A model generated the notes under the pieces. That model saw only the letters and a program-made list of their open reading frames with translations. It did not search any database and had not been told where the DNA came from. The position numbers were made by a program, and so were the translations under genes. Shown here piece by piece: positions 29,003 through 38,800 of a stretch of DNA of 64,000 nucleotides (position 1 is the stretch's first letter; each line of letters opens with the position of its first letter). Source of the stretch: Roseibacillus sp. (GTDB lineage: Bacteria; Verrucomicrobiota; Verrucomicrobiia; Verrucomicrobiales; Akkermansiaceae); the NCBI GenBank assembly GCA_051251855.1, contig JBPOGI010000001.1, positions 64,001 through 128,000 on the forward strand, read 5' to 3'.

Positions 29003-29677
29003 GTGAGCACTAAGGAAATTCTGAGTGATGGGTTAGCTTACCCTTTTCGTGAAAATGGGCGCATGATTCTGATTTGGGGAGCTATTCTCGGGGTTGGATC
29101 AGACCTGGCTTCTCTCTTGCCGGTTATTGGGCTGATTGCGGGGCTGATTTTGGCAGCCTATTTTTGCGCGATCTTTTTCGAAATCATGATCACCAGTGCC
29201 AGTGGGTCGAACGATTGTATTGGCTTTCCCAATTTGACGGATCTCCTTGATGATTTGATTATGCCCTTCTTCAAGGTTGTGGCCGTGGGCTTGTTCAGTT
29301 TTTCCCCAGTGATTCTCTTTGCGTTCACAATGCCAGCGGAAACAGGATTTGGGGTGGTCGGCTTCTTGCTGCTTGTCGCTGGCATGATTTATTTTCCAAT
29401 GGCGATTTTAGCAGTCGGTATTCTGGGGACTTTTCGAGGAATGTTACCTCACATTGTGTTCCCTTCGATTCTCAAGGCAGGAGGGCTCTATTGGGCCATT
29501 GTGGGAATTCTGTTTGTTGTTTACCTCGTCGAAAATTACCTGCTCGGTTTCCTCAGTGAGATTTTTATCGTAGGAGCCTTGGTTTCGGCCTTCGTGAGTA
29601 TGTTGACGTTGATGATTAACGGCAGGCTTCTCGGATTGCTCTATCGCAACAAAGAGGAAGAGTTGGAGTGGATTTAG
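29003..29677 (+). CDS. Membrane protein (DUF4013-like)
   Basis: About six TM helices; LAYPF start, YFPMA, GRLLGLLY. Confidence 0.65.
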   Translation: MSTKEILSDGLAYPFRENGRMILIWGAILGVGSDLASLLPVIGLIAGLILAAYFCAIFFEIMITSASGSNDCIGFPNLTDLLDDLIMPFFKVVAVGLFSFSPVILFAFTMPAETGFGVVGFLLLVAGMIYFPMAILAVGILGTFRGMLPHIVFPSILKAGGLYWAIVGILFVVYLVENYLLGFLSEIFIVGALVSAFVSMLTLMINGRLLGLLYRNKEEELEWI

Positions 29678-29709
29678 GCTGGTCTTGCAGATTCTCAATA
29701 ATCTCACTG

Positions 29710-30072
29710 TTACTCCCTTGCTAAGAGGACTTGGTCTACCTTGTGGCCAAATCCAACCCGAAGGTCTCGCATTAGGAATGGCCTCGTGGAGCCCACTATC
29801 GATCCGTTGTTCACATCAGGATTTTTCTTTAGCCGATCTATCTCTGACTTAACTCCCGCGCTCCTATTTTTCCTTCTAAGATAGACGTGATTTGCGTCTA
29901 TCCCCACGGCAGCCCCTGCTTTGATAGAGAAATTTCCAACCCAAATTCCTGCGGGTTGATCTTCTAAATCGAGTTGGTCGGGAAACCTTTCTATTCTGAT
30001 ACCTCCTCGATCGACTAACTCGTCGAAAGCTGAATACTTGATAGCCTTCAGGAGAATATCAAAAACGCGCAT
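29710..30072 (-). CDS. Hypothetical protein (orphan)
   Basis: 120-aa ATG-initiated ORF filling the gap downstream of sufT on the same strand; no recognisable motif. Confidence 0.45.
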   Translation of the reverse strand: MRVFDILLKAIKYSAFDELVDRGGIRIERFPDQLDLEDQPAGIWVGNFSIKAGAAVGIDANHVYLRRKNRSAGVKSEIDRLKKNPDVNNGSIVGSTRPFLMRDLRVGFGHKVDQVLLARE

Positions 30073-30115
30073 TCTTACCGCCTAGGGATTTTCAGTGATA
30101 GGACGGAATCCTGCG

Positions 30116-30664
30116 CTACATCATACCGAGCTTCATTTTGCCTTCTTCGGAAATCATGTCTTGGTTCCAAGCGGGTTCCCAGACGACTTCGACTTCGGCT
30201 TCGCCGATATTGTCGAGGGTCATGATGCGTGCTTGAGCATCGGCAGCGATCACGGGGCCCATCCCACAGCCAGGGGCAGTGAGGGTCATCTTGACGTGGA
30301 CTTTGACTTCCTCGGGATCTGCTTCGTCGATGGCGCAATCGTAGACAAGACCGAGGTTGACGATGTCGACTGGGATTTCAGGGTCGTAGACTTGCTTCAT
30401 CTGATGCCAGATTTGTTCTTCGAGGGAGGCGTTGGCCATCGCCTCGTCGATGACGGCTTTTTCCTTTTTGGCTTCGAGGTCGACACCAAGAGCGTCGGTG
30501 TCCTCGCTTGAAATTCGGGCGAGCCCTGAAGAAGTGGCCACCGTATAGGTGCCTCCAAGAGTTTGGGTCACGACAACGGGGGTTCCCGCGGGGAGAGTGA
30601 TGGAGTCTCCAGAGGGAATTTGGACGGCGGTGACTTCGCGGGAAAGAGCAATTTCTTCGTTCAT
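30116..30664 (-). CDS. sufT: Fe-S cluster assembly protein SufT (DUF59)
   Basis: QTLGG.YTV N-terminal domain; YDPEIPVDIVNLGLVY, MTLTAPGCGMG, VW.P.W. Confidence 0.9.
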   Translation of the reverse strand: MNEEIALSREVTAVQIPSGDSITLPAGTPVVVTQTLGGTYTVATSSGLARISSEDTDALGVDLEAKKEKAVIDEAMANASLEEQIWHQMKQVYDPEIPVDIVNLGLVYDCAIDEADPEEVKVHVKMTLTAPGCGMGPVIAADAQARIMTLDNIGEAEVEVVWEPAWNQDMISEEGKMKLGMM

Positions 30665-30738
30665 GGGAAGAGGTTGGAACGGGTTGGGGTTGAGGGCAAC
30701 TTTTTAGGCAAGCGATTTGATGGATTGTGTCTGGAAGG

Positions 30739-30771
30739 AAAAAGCAAAAACCCCACCGCGAAGGTGGGGTT
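30739..30771 (-). terminator. Intrinsic terminator of the ClpP-like gene
   Basis: AACCCCACC-GCGAA-GGTGGGGTT stem with an A-tract on the left (U-tract on the minus strand). Confidence 0.85.
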
Positions 30772-30807
30772 GGAGGCAAGGTTGCTGATTGTGAGGCATG
30801 AAGGGAA

Positions 30808-32094
30808 TTACTTCACTGGCTGATAGTAGTCGTCAGGATTGTAGAGATAGAGAACGTCCTTGGGGTTCAGGCGAGGGATGACGTTGGCAGTAGTGGCCGA
30901 TGGGGCGCCTGCTACTGCTTGAGCGCTAGGACTGGTGGAGGGGCGGCTGGCATCGGGGTTTTTCAGGAGGGAGGTCTCTCTGATGTTTGAGACGACGTGG
31001 TCGACCCACTTGAGCTTTTTGGCTTGGTCTGCAAATTCGGTCCAATCGCCGGAGACGGTGTTCTCATACATGAGGTCGATGAACTCTTCGCGCGAGATGC
31101 CCATCTTTTTGGCAATGGGGTTGGCGAGACGACGCCACCACTCCTCGAGCTGGCGGGTGTGCTCGCGAGTCTCGGTGAGGTTTCCAAAGCTGAAGGAGAG
31201 GACCTGGTGGTGAAGGATGACCGCATTAGGGAAGGCAAAGGACCGCTCGGCGAGGGTGGTGAGCGAGGCAGCCATGGAGGCGGCGAAGCCTTTAACCACG
31301 ACGTAGACGGGAGCTTCGGAGCCGTGCATCGCCTTCATGATTTGCATCCCTGACATCACGGACCCACCAGGGGAGTCGTTGATGACGATGAAAATGGGGA
31401 ATTCGTCGTTCTTATTGTTGTAGTAATTGATGCGCTCGGTGACGTGCTCGGCGAGCTCTGAGAAGATGGGGCCGTTGAGGTCGATACGGCGGTCGGAGAT
31501 GACAAGGGTTCCGTTTTTGAGGAGGGGGTCGGTGAGGTAGACGGGCTCGTTGTCGGCATAGTCTTCACGCTTCTTGTTGGCTTCGAAGCTTTTGACTTCG
31601 TTCTCAAGCTCGGCGAGTTCGATTCCGAATTCAGCTTGCTTGGCTTTGAAGGTGGCACCGAGGGTTTCGGCTTCCATTTTAGCGAGGCTGGCTTCGCGAG
31701 CAAGTTGGGCTGTTTCTTTGCGGAAGCGCGCTTCTTCTTTGGCGAGTTCCTGTTTTTGCTTCAACTCAGCGATGGCGAGGGTCTCGGTAAGGAGTTCTTT
31801 TTCCAGCTTAAGACGGGCGACTTGCGCTTGGAGTTCCGCGTGTTCCTTTTTGACTTCTTCCGCAGCGAGAGCGTTCTCTAAGGCGAGACGTGATTGGGTC
31901 GCAGCTATTTTTGCTTTGGCGGATTCTTCTTTGGAGGGCTTCTTTTTGTCAGCTTTGGTTTCTGGCTTTGATTTGGCAACCACTGCTACTCGAGCGGGTG
32001 ACTTTTCTTTGGTTTGGTCAGCGCTGAGTAGGGTGCTGGAGAGAACAAAGGCTGAGGTAGTGAGCGCCAAAGCGCGCGTGGTAGTCGTCTTCAT
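30808..32094 (-). CDS. Exported ClpP-family serine protease with N-terminal coiled coil
   Basis: Signal peptide, long Ala/Glu/Lys-rich heptad region, then ClpP domain: RRI.L.GPI, DSPGGSV, AASMAA (Ser), ILHHQ (His), GDW (candidate Asp). Confidence 0.82.
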   Translation of the reverse strand: MKTTTTRALALTTSAFVLSSTLLSADQTKEKSPARVAVVAKSKPETKADKKKPSKEESAKAKIAATQSRLALENALAAEEVKKEHAELQAQVARLKLEKELLTETLAIAELKQKQELAKEEARFRKETAQLAREASLAKMEAETLGATFKAKQAEFGIELAELENEVKSFEANKKREDYADNEPVYLTDPLLKNGTLVISDRRIDLNGPIFSELAEHVTERINYYNNKNDEFPIFIVINDSPGGSVMSGMQIMKAMHGSEAPVYVVVKGFAASMAASLTTLAERSFAFPNAVILHHQVLSFSFGNLTETREHTRQLEEWWRRLANPIAKKMGISREEFIDLMYENTVSGDWTEFADQAKKLKWVDHVVSNIRETSLLKNPDASRPSTSPSAQAVAGAPSATTANVIPRLNPKDVLYLYNPDDYYQPVK

Positions 32095-32162
32095 AAGGAT
32101 GTTGAACAGAGGTGAAAGAATCGTCGTTCGAGAACAAAGAACGATACTCAACAGCCCAGTTT

Positions 32163-32179
32163 TGCATAAATCTGCCCAG
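32163..32179 (-). promoter_or_regulatory. Candidate sigma-54 promoter for the ClpP-like gene
   Basis: Minus strand CTGGGCAGATTTATGCA, GG-N10-GC spacing, about 70 nt upstream of ATG 32094. Confidence 0.3.
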
Positions 32180-32354
32180 ATAGCGACTGGGTTTTCATCT
32201 TCTGGCTCCCCGCCTACGATGCGAACGGTTCATTGTCGTAGTACGTTTTGGCTGCTGGATGAGGGATTTCTTTGTCTTAGAGAGGGCATAGATGAGTGCC
32301 TTTCCCGTTGATATGGCGCAAAAAGGTCTGTATGTAGCTATCAGCTGAAAAGTT

Positions 32355-32975
32355 ATGGAAGCTATTCTCAATCGCCCTGTATTGGTTCTCAATCGTCTTT
32401 GGCAACCGGTCCAGACGTGTTCGGTCAAACGTGCTTTGAAGTTGCTCTGTCTAGGGCATGCGGAGGTGGTGCAGACGGAGGGGGAGGCGAAGTATCAGAC
32501 TCATAATCTCTCGTCTTGGGTCGAGCATTCGATCGAGAACGTGACTCATTTGGCTGAGGAAGTGATTCACTCGGTCCGAGTGGCCCTCGTGGTTCCTAAG
32601 ATCATTGTGCTGGCGGCTTACGACCGGATGCCGCGGAATGAGGTGAAGTTCACGCGGCACAATGTCTTTTTAAGAGACCAGTTCACGTGTCAGTATTGCA
32701 CCAAGAAGTTCGCGGAAAAGGACCTGAATCTCGATCATGTTTTTCCTCGAGACAAAGGCGGGAAGACGACTTGGGATAATATCGTGACCTCGTGTATTCG
32801 TTGCAATACACGAAAGGCAAACAAGCTGCCTCATGAGATTAATATGAAGCTGTTGCGCAAGCCGACAAGGCCGCGCTGGCGACCTCTTTTTGGCAGCAAA
32901 ACGGAAGAGACTCCGCATGAAAGTTGGGAGCAGTTCATCCGACCGGATAAAGGGAAGGTGCAGATGGTGAATTGA
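32355..32975 (+). CDS. HNH endonuclease (McrA/HNH_5-like)
   Basis: VLVLN, TR.NVF.RD.FTCQYC, LDHVFP...GG...WDNIVTSC..CN..K. Confidence 0.9.
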   Translation: MEAILNRPVLVLNRLWQPVQTCSVKRALKLLCLGHAEVVQTEGEAKYQTHNLSSWVEHSIENVTHLAEEVIHSVRVALVVPKIIVLAAYDRMPRNEVKFTRHNVFLRDQFTCQYCTKKFAEKDLNLDHVFPRDKGGKTTWDNIVTSCIRCNTRKANKLPHEINMKLLRKPTRPRWRPLFGSKTEETPHESWEQFIRPDKGKVQMVN

Positions 32976-32984
32976 GATACAAGG

Positions 32985-33440
32985 CTAGCTTTTAAAGATC
33001 AGAAACTTGCGAGCGAAGAAGTTGCCAATGGCAGCGACGAGGGGGAAGCCGAGGTTGGCTATATGGGTATTGAGGGAGAAGGTGCGAATGATGAGGTCGA
33101 GGGAATAAAGAGCCGGGAAGAATCCAATTGCCGAGGCGAGGAAAAAGAGTCCGACTTCGGTTCGGCGCTGATGTCGGCCCGCAGTGAAGACAAAGCGCAC
33201 GTTGAGGAGGTAAGCGAAGGTGTTGGAGACGAAGAAGGCGATACTGTTATTGATCGCCGAGCGTTCGAAACGAAGCTGATCACCCATTGCGGGGTCGAAG
33301 GCGGGATTAATGGTGCGACCGAGAATGTTGACGAGGGTCCAGTGCACGAAGAAGGCGCTGCCACCACAGAGGAGGTATTTGCCAAATTGCTGCGCCCAAG
33401 GGGGAAGGAGGGTGAAGAGTTTTTGAAGGGAGGAGGTCAC
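32985..33440 (-). CDS. GtrA family membrane protein
   Basis: QFGKY..CG, AF.VS...AY.LN..FVF, NFFARKFLIF; start set at GTG 33440, upstream GTG 33497 possible. Confidence 0.8.
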   Translation of the reverse strand: MTSSLQKLFTLLPPWAQQFGKYLLCGGSAFFVHWTLVNILGRTINPAFDPAMGDQLRFERSAINNSIAFFVSNTFAYLLNVRFVFTAGRHQRRTEVGLFFLASAIGFFPALYSLDLIIRTFSLNTHIANLGFPLVAAIGNFFARKFLIFKS

Positions 33441-33603
33441 CTGTCGGAAGATGAGGCTCTGGCTCTTTCTGAACGAGCGAATACGAGATGCTGACACGTG
33501 CGATAGGGAAAGGGGTTTTGGAAAGGGGTTTTCTTTTGAACATGTATCGCAGGGAGATTGCGCGGAGGGAAGAGAACTGAAATAGTGGCCACCGATACCG
33601 ACT

Positions 33604-35256
33604 ATGTTAGCCGTTTTACGAATTCAGAATCTCGCTCTTGTGGACCAACTTGTTTGGGAAGTGGGCAGCGGTTTGGTGGGGGTGACCGGTGAGACCGGCG
33701 CAGGGAAATCGGTGATTGTGGGAGCTCTGAAGCTGGTTTTGGGCGAGCGCGCGGACAAGGGGCTGATTCGCACCGGTGAGTCCGCTTGCACGGTGGAGGC
33801 TGTTTTTGATTTGGCTGATACGGCTGCAATTGATGCGGTACTGGAGGAGGCGGGGCTGGTCGGTTGTGAGGACGGGCAGTTGATCATTCGGCGAGTGGTG
33901 GGAGAGAAAGGAAATCGACAGTTCGTGAATGATTCCCCTGCGACTCTGACTTTACTGAAGAGTTTGGCGGATCGCTTAGTGGACTTGCATGGGCCGGGCG
34001 AGCAGCAGAGTTTGCATTCCATCGAACGTCAGTTGGGGATGCTGGATGCCTATGGTGATTGTGAGAAGGCGTTGCGAGGATATCGCGCGGCGTGGCGGGA
34101 ATTCGTGCAGGCTCGTGAGGGCTATGAAGAGTTGAAGAGCTCTGAGGATGCGGGTGACGCCGAGCTCGAATTGCTTCGTCACAAGCTTTCGGAAATCGAG
34201 AGCGCGGAGATTAAATTGGAGGAAGTGGCAGGCTTGGAAGAGCGCTACCAGCAAGTGTCGAACGGCTCGCGCTTGGCTGAATTGGCGGGAGAGACGCTGG
34301 GGCTCTTGTCAGGTGAAAGTGGAATTCGAGGACGGCTGGGGGAAGTGCAGCGTCTTGGGCGTGAATTGGAACGATATGATGCCGGCAATGAGGAGCGTTT
34401 TTCGGGGCTAGAAGCAGCGGTGGTTGAGCTGGAAGAATTGGAAGGCAGTGTGCGCGATTATCTGGCTGAGCTGGAAATTGATCCTTCGGAAGCGCGAGAA
34501 TTGGAAGAGCGGGTGGACCTTTTAGAAAGTCTCAAGCGCAAGTATGGGCCGACTTTGGAAGAAGTGGTCGCGGTGGGGGCTGCGGCGTCGGCGCGCTTGG
34601 ATGCGATTGAAAATCGGGGGGAGCGTTTGACAGAATATCGGGCGGCGATGGAAGCAGCAGAGGCGAAAGTGACTGAGGCCGGCAAGGAATTGGGCCGGCT
34701 TAGGAAGCGGGGAGCGCCTCGGCTTTCCAAGGAAGTGAAAAGTCACTTGCGTGATCTGGGCTTCAAGCAGGCGGAGTTTGAGGCTGTGCTGCAGAAACGG
34801 AAGACTGCAGGCCCGTTTGGACTGGAGGAAGTCGAGTTTCAGTTTGGCCCCAACCCGGGCGAGCCTCTCAAGCCGCTGCGGAAAGTGGGATCGAGTGGAG
34901 AACTGGCGCGCGTGATGTTGGCGGTAAAGAGTTCGCTCGCCGAAAAGGATCACACGCCTTTGATGGTTTTCGATGAGATTGACGCTAATGTGGGTGGTGA
35001 AGTGGCGGCTGCGGTGGGTCAGAAGATGGCGGGGCTGGGGGAGGCCCATCAGGTCGTGAGTATCACCCACTTTCCTCAAGTTGCGGCGGTGGCAGCGAAT
35101 CATTACGTGGTGGAGAAAGTGGTGGAGAAGGGGCGGAGTTTCTCGCGGTTGCGTGAGGTGAGTGGTAAGGAGCGAGTGCAAGAATTGGTCCGAATGCTGG
35201 GCGGGGGAGGAAAAGAGGCCGCCTCCATGGCTCGCAAGCTACTAGAAAAGCAGTAG
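33604..35256 (+). CDS. recN: DNA repair protein RecN
   Basis: L.IQNLALV, TGETGAGKS, PNPGE...PL, SSGELAR signature, FDEIDANVGG, ITHFPQVA. Confidence 0.95.
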   Translation: MLAVLRIQNLALVDQLVWEVGSGLVGVTGETGAGKSVIVGALKLVLGERADKGLIRTGESACTVEAVFDLADTAAIDAVLEEAGLVGCEDGQLIIRRVVGEKGNRQFVNDSPATLTLLKSLADRLVDLHGPGEQQSLHSIERQLGMLDAYGDCEKALRGYRAAWREFVQAREGYEELKSSEDAGDAELELLRHKLSEIESAEIKLEEVAGLEERYQQVSNGSRLAELAGETLGLLSGESGIRGRLGEVQRLGRELERYDAGNEERFSGLEAAVVELEELEGSVRDYLAELEIDPSEARELEERVDLLESLKRKYGPTLEEVVAVGAAASARLDAIENRGERLTEYRAAMEAAEAKVTEAGKELGRLRKRGAPRLSKEVKSHLRDLGFKQAEFEAVLQKRKTAGPFGLEEVEFQFGPNPGEPLKPLRKVGSSGELARVMLAVKSSLAEKDHTPLMVFDEIDANVGGEVAAAVGQKMAGLGEAHQVVSITHFPQVAAVAANHYVVEKVVEKGRSFSRLREVSGKERVQELVRMLGGGGKEAASMARKLLEKQ

Positions 35257-35268
35257 ACGAAATTTAAG

Positions 35269-35802
35269 ATGAAGGAATATCGAGTGGCGCGGATAGAGAC
35301 GCAAGAGAAGGCGGTGTGGGGGAAAGACCGTAGTCAGAGTGAAAAGCTGGTGATTGGTCGTCGCGAGTGGATTGGCCTTCCTGAACTTGGTGTCTCGGCA
35401 CTGCATGGAAAGATTGATACCGGAGCTTATCGGTCGAGCCTCCATGCCGAGCAGGTGGAGGAATTTGAGAAGAAGGGAGAGGAGTGGATTCGTTTTGTGA
35501 CTCACTCGCAGGATGGGAGAGAGGTGCGTTGCGAGAGTATCATTGCTTTTCGCAAGCGGGTGAAAAGTTCGACGGGAGAAGCGAAGGAACGGTATTTTCT
35601 TCGGACCAAGTTCCGCACCGCAGGAGGGTTGGAGTGGCCGGTTTTGATGAGTCTCGCCGACCGCTCGGAGATGACTTTTCCGTTGTTGATCGGTCGTCGC
35701 GCTTTGAGCAGTCGCTTTGTGGTGGATACGGCGATGAGTCATGCCTTGGGATCGCAAAGTGATTTGACGGGTAAGCATTGGAAAAAAAAGGGCAAAGAGT
35801 AG
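35269..35802 (+). CDS. RimK-associated putative protease (retropepsin-like Zn_protease family)
   Basis: IGRREWIGLPELG, KIDTGA..SSLHA, VKSSTG, DRS.M.FP.LIGR.AL. Confidence 0.85.
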   Translation: MKEYRVARIETQEKAVWGKDRSQSEKLVIGRREWIGLPELGVSALHGKIDTGAYRSSLHAEQVEEFEKKGEEWIRFVTHSQDGREVRCESIIAFRKRVKSSTGEAKERYFLRTKFRTAGGLEWPVLMSLADRSEMTFPLLIGRRALSSRFVVDTAMSHALGSQSDLTGKHWKKKGKE

Positions 35803-35877
35803 CCTGACTGGGAGCTTTTTTCGGTAAGCCGAGGCTCGGGCTTGCCTCGGTGGATAGGGCTATTAACGTCTTCTGCA

Positions 35878-38800
35878 ATGTCTTCCGATTCCTTCGTTCA
35901 CCTGCATCTTCATACTGAGTATTCTACGCTGGATGGGGCGATTCGGATTGGTGATTTGGCCAAGCGGGCGGCGGAACTGGGAATGCCCGCGGTGGCAATG
36001 ACTGACCACGGGAATCTCTTTGGTTCCATTAATTTCTGGCTGAAATGTCAGGATGCTGGGGTAAAGCCCATCTTTGGTTGCGAAATCTATCTCGCGCCCT
36101 TTTCTTTGGACGAGAAGAAGGAGGTCCCAGGGCGCAAGCGGGCGACGCACCTGACTTTGTTGGCCGAGAACAATGTTGGTTGGGCAAACTTGACGAAGTT
36201 GGTGACGAAGGGTCATTTGGATGGGCTCTACTATGGAAAACCCCGAGTGGATCGGGAGGTTCTTCGCGAGTTCTCGGAGGGAATTATTTGTTTAAGCGGT
36301 TGTATCAGTGGGCCGGTTAACGAGTGGATTCTCAAGGGAGATGAGGACAAGGCGCGGGAGACTCTCATTGAACTTGAAGAGATTTTTGGGAAGGAGAATT
36401 TCTTTGTGGAGTTGCACGACCATGGTTTGGAAGACCAAGCGACGGTACGACCTGTCTTGGTGAAAATGGCGGAGGAGCGAGGGCTCAAATTGGTGGCCGC
36501 GAACGATGTCCACTTCATGAATCGGGAGGACCATGAGTCGCACGACGTCATGATTTGTATCGGAACAGGCAAGTTGCTCTTCGATTCCGACCGTATGCGC
36601 TATTCGCCTGAGGTTCACTTTAAGACGGCGGAGGAGATGCGCGAGCTCTTTGCTGACTATCCCGGAGCTTGTGATGCGACCCTTGAAATTGCGGAGCGTT
36701 GTAATGTGGAGTTTCATCTGGATGCCACGAGTTCGGAAAAATACCCTCAATTCGGAACGCCCGATGGTTCGCCACGTGAGGAGTATTTTCGAAAAATTTG
36801 TGAGGATGGGATGCGTGAACGCTATGCAGATGGTAGGCTGGAACAATTAAGCGCGCATCTGGAGCACACCCCGGAAGAGATGCAGAAGATTCTCGATGAA
36901 CGCCTTGAATATGAGATTGGAATTATCAATCAGTTGGGATTTGCGAGTTACTTCCTGATTACTGCTGACTTTATCCAGTGGGGGCGGGATCAAGGGATTC
37001 CGGTGGGGCCGGGCCGAGGATCGGCAGCGGGTTCTTTGGTGGCCTACACCCTAGCGATTACGGATATTTGTCCGATGAGATTCGGGCTCCTTTTCGAGCG
37101 ATTCCTGAATCCGGAGCGGGTCAGCCCTCCCGATGTTGATATCGACTTTTGCCAAGGGCGGCGTGTTGAGGTGATTGACTATGTGAGACAGAAATACGGC
37201 GAACGCTGTGTTTCTCACATTATTACTTATGGAACATTAGGTGCAAAGAGTGTTCTGCGAGATATTTCGCGTGTGATGGGGCTAAGCTATGGCGATGGTG
37301 ACCGCTTGGCCAAGATGATTGAAGCCAAACCTGGGGTGAAGCTTCAGGGGGAGTATGATGCCAAGGAGGAATTGCGCGATATGGTTGAGGGCAGTAGCAG
37401 CTACCGCGAGTTGTGGGGGCATGCTCTGAAGTTAGAGGGGTTGACGCGCAACGTGGGAATTCATGCCGCAGGGGTGGTGATCGGGGACCGAGATCTCGAT
37501 GAGCATGTTCCTTTGACTCGAGGCAACGAGGGGGAAGTTGTGACCCAGTATGATATGGGAGCCATTACGGAGGTGGGGCTGCTCAAGATGGATTTTCTTG
37601 GGTTGAAGAACCTGACCGTGATTCAGGATGCGGTGGATCATATTCACAAACACACTCCAGATTTTGATATTCGGACGATATCGTTAGAAGACCAGCTGAC
37701 TTTCGATTTGTTGGATCGCGGTGAGACGATGGGTGTCTTCCAGTTGGAGTCGGGTGGAATGACCGAAACTTGTAAGCGTTATGGGGTGCGCAAGATTGAG
37801 GACATTATTGACCTGCTTGCTCTCTATCGACCGGGGGCAATGCAGTTCATCGATGAGATGATTGAAGTGAAGGAAGGGCGCAAGAAGGTGCACTACGAGC
37901 ACCCGCTGTTAGAGACGATTTGCGGAGATACTTATGGCATCATGATTTATCAGGAGCAGGTCCAGAACGCGGCAAAGATCCTCGCGGGTTATACACTGGG
38001 TGGTGCTGATATTCTACGGCGAGCGATGGGTAAGAAGAAGGCCTCTGAGATGGCGAAGCAGCGAGAGTTATTCGTGAAAGGTGCCAAAGAGGTCAATGAC
38101 ATCGATGCGAAGCTAGCCAACCGGATTTTCGATAAGATTGCGAGCTTCGCGGGTTACGGTTTTAACAAGTCGCACTCGGCTTGCTATGGACATATTTCTT
38201 ATTGGACCGCCTACTTGAAGGCCAATTTTCCGGTGGAGTTTATGGCGGCTTTACTTTCGAACGAAATTAACAATACTGATAAAATTGGGGTTTTTGTGGC
38301 AGAGTGCCACCGGATGGGGATTGAGATTTTGCCACCTGACTTGAATAATTCCCAGCTACGCTTTGCGCCCGAGGAAGCGAATGGTTGTAAGGCAATCCGC
38401 TATGGCCTTGCTGCCATTAAGAACGTGGGGGAGGCGGCGATGGGAAAGGCGATTGCAAGTCGAGAAGAGGAGGGGGCTTTTGAGTCATTAGAAGAGTTTA
38501 CCAACCGTTTGGATTCGAAGATCGTAAATAAGCGTATTCTTGAGAACTTGGCAAAGGCGGGCGCCTTGGATTGGACGGGTGAGACTCGCGCAGGAATGTT
38601 CAGTCGCCTAGAGAAGGTGGTGGCTTCAGCGAGTTCGGCCCAGCGTGATAAGGCGGCCGGACAGGGGGCTCTATTCGATAGTATGGAATTTGTGGGAGCT
38701 CCGGAGCCGGTGGCTGAGGTGGGGGCTGGTCCGGTGGTCGAAGAATGGTCGAAGGAGGAGCGCTTGGAGACAGAAAAAGAGCTGTTGGGCTTCTATGTGA

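Noticed and set aside
32100..32975. HNH gene as IscB, Cas9-like or a mobile homing element with guide RNA
   Set aside because: Only 206 aa, with no RuvC or PLMP motifs, no repeats or element ends; the upstream hairpins are short and unconvincing
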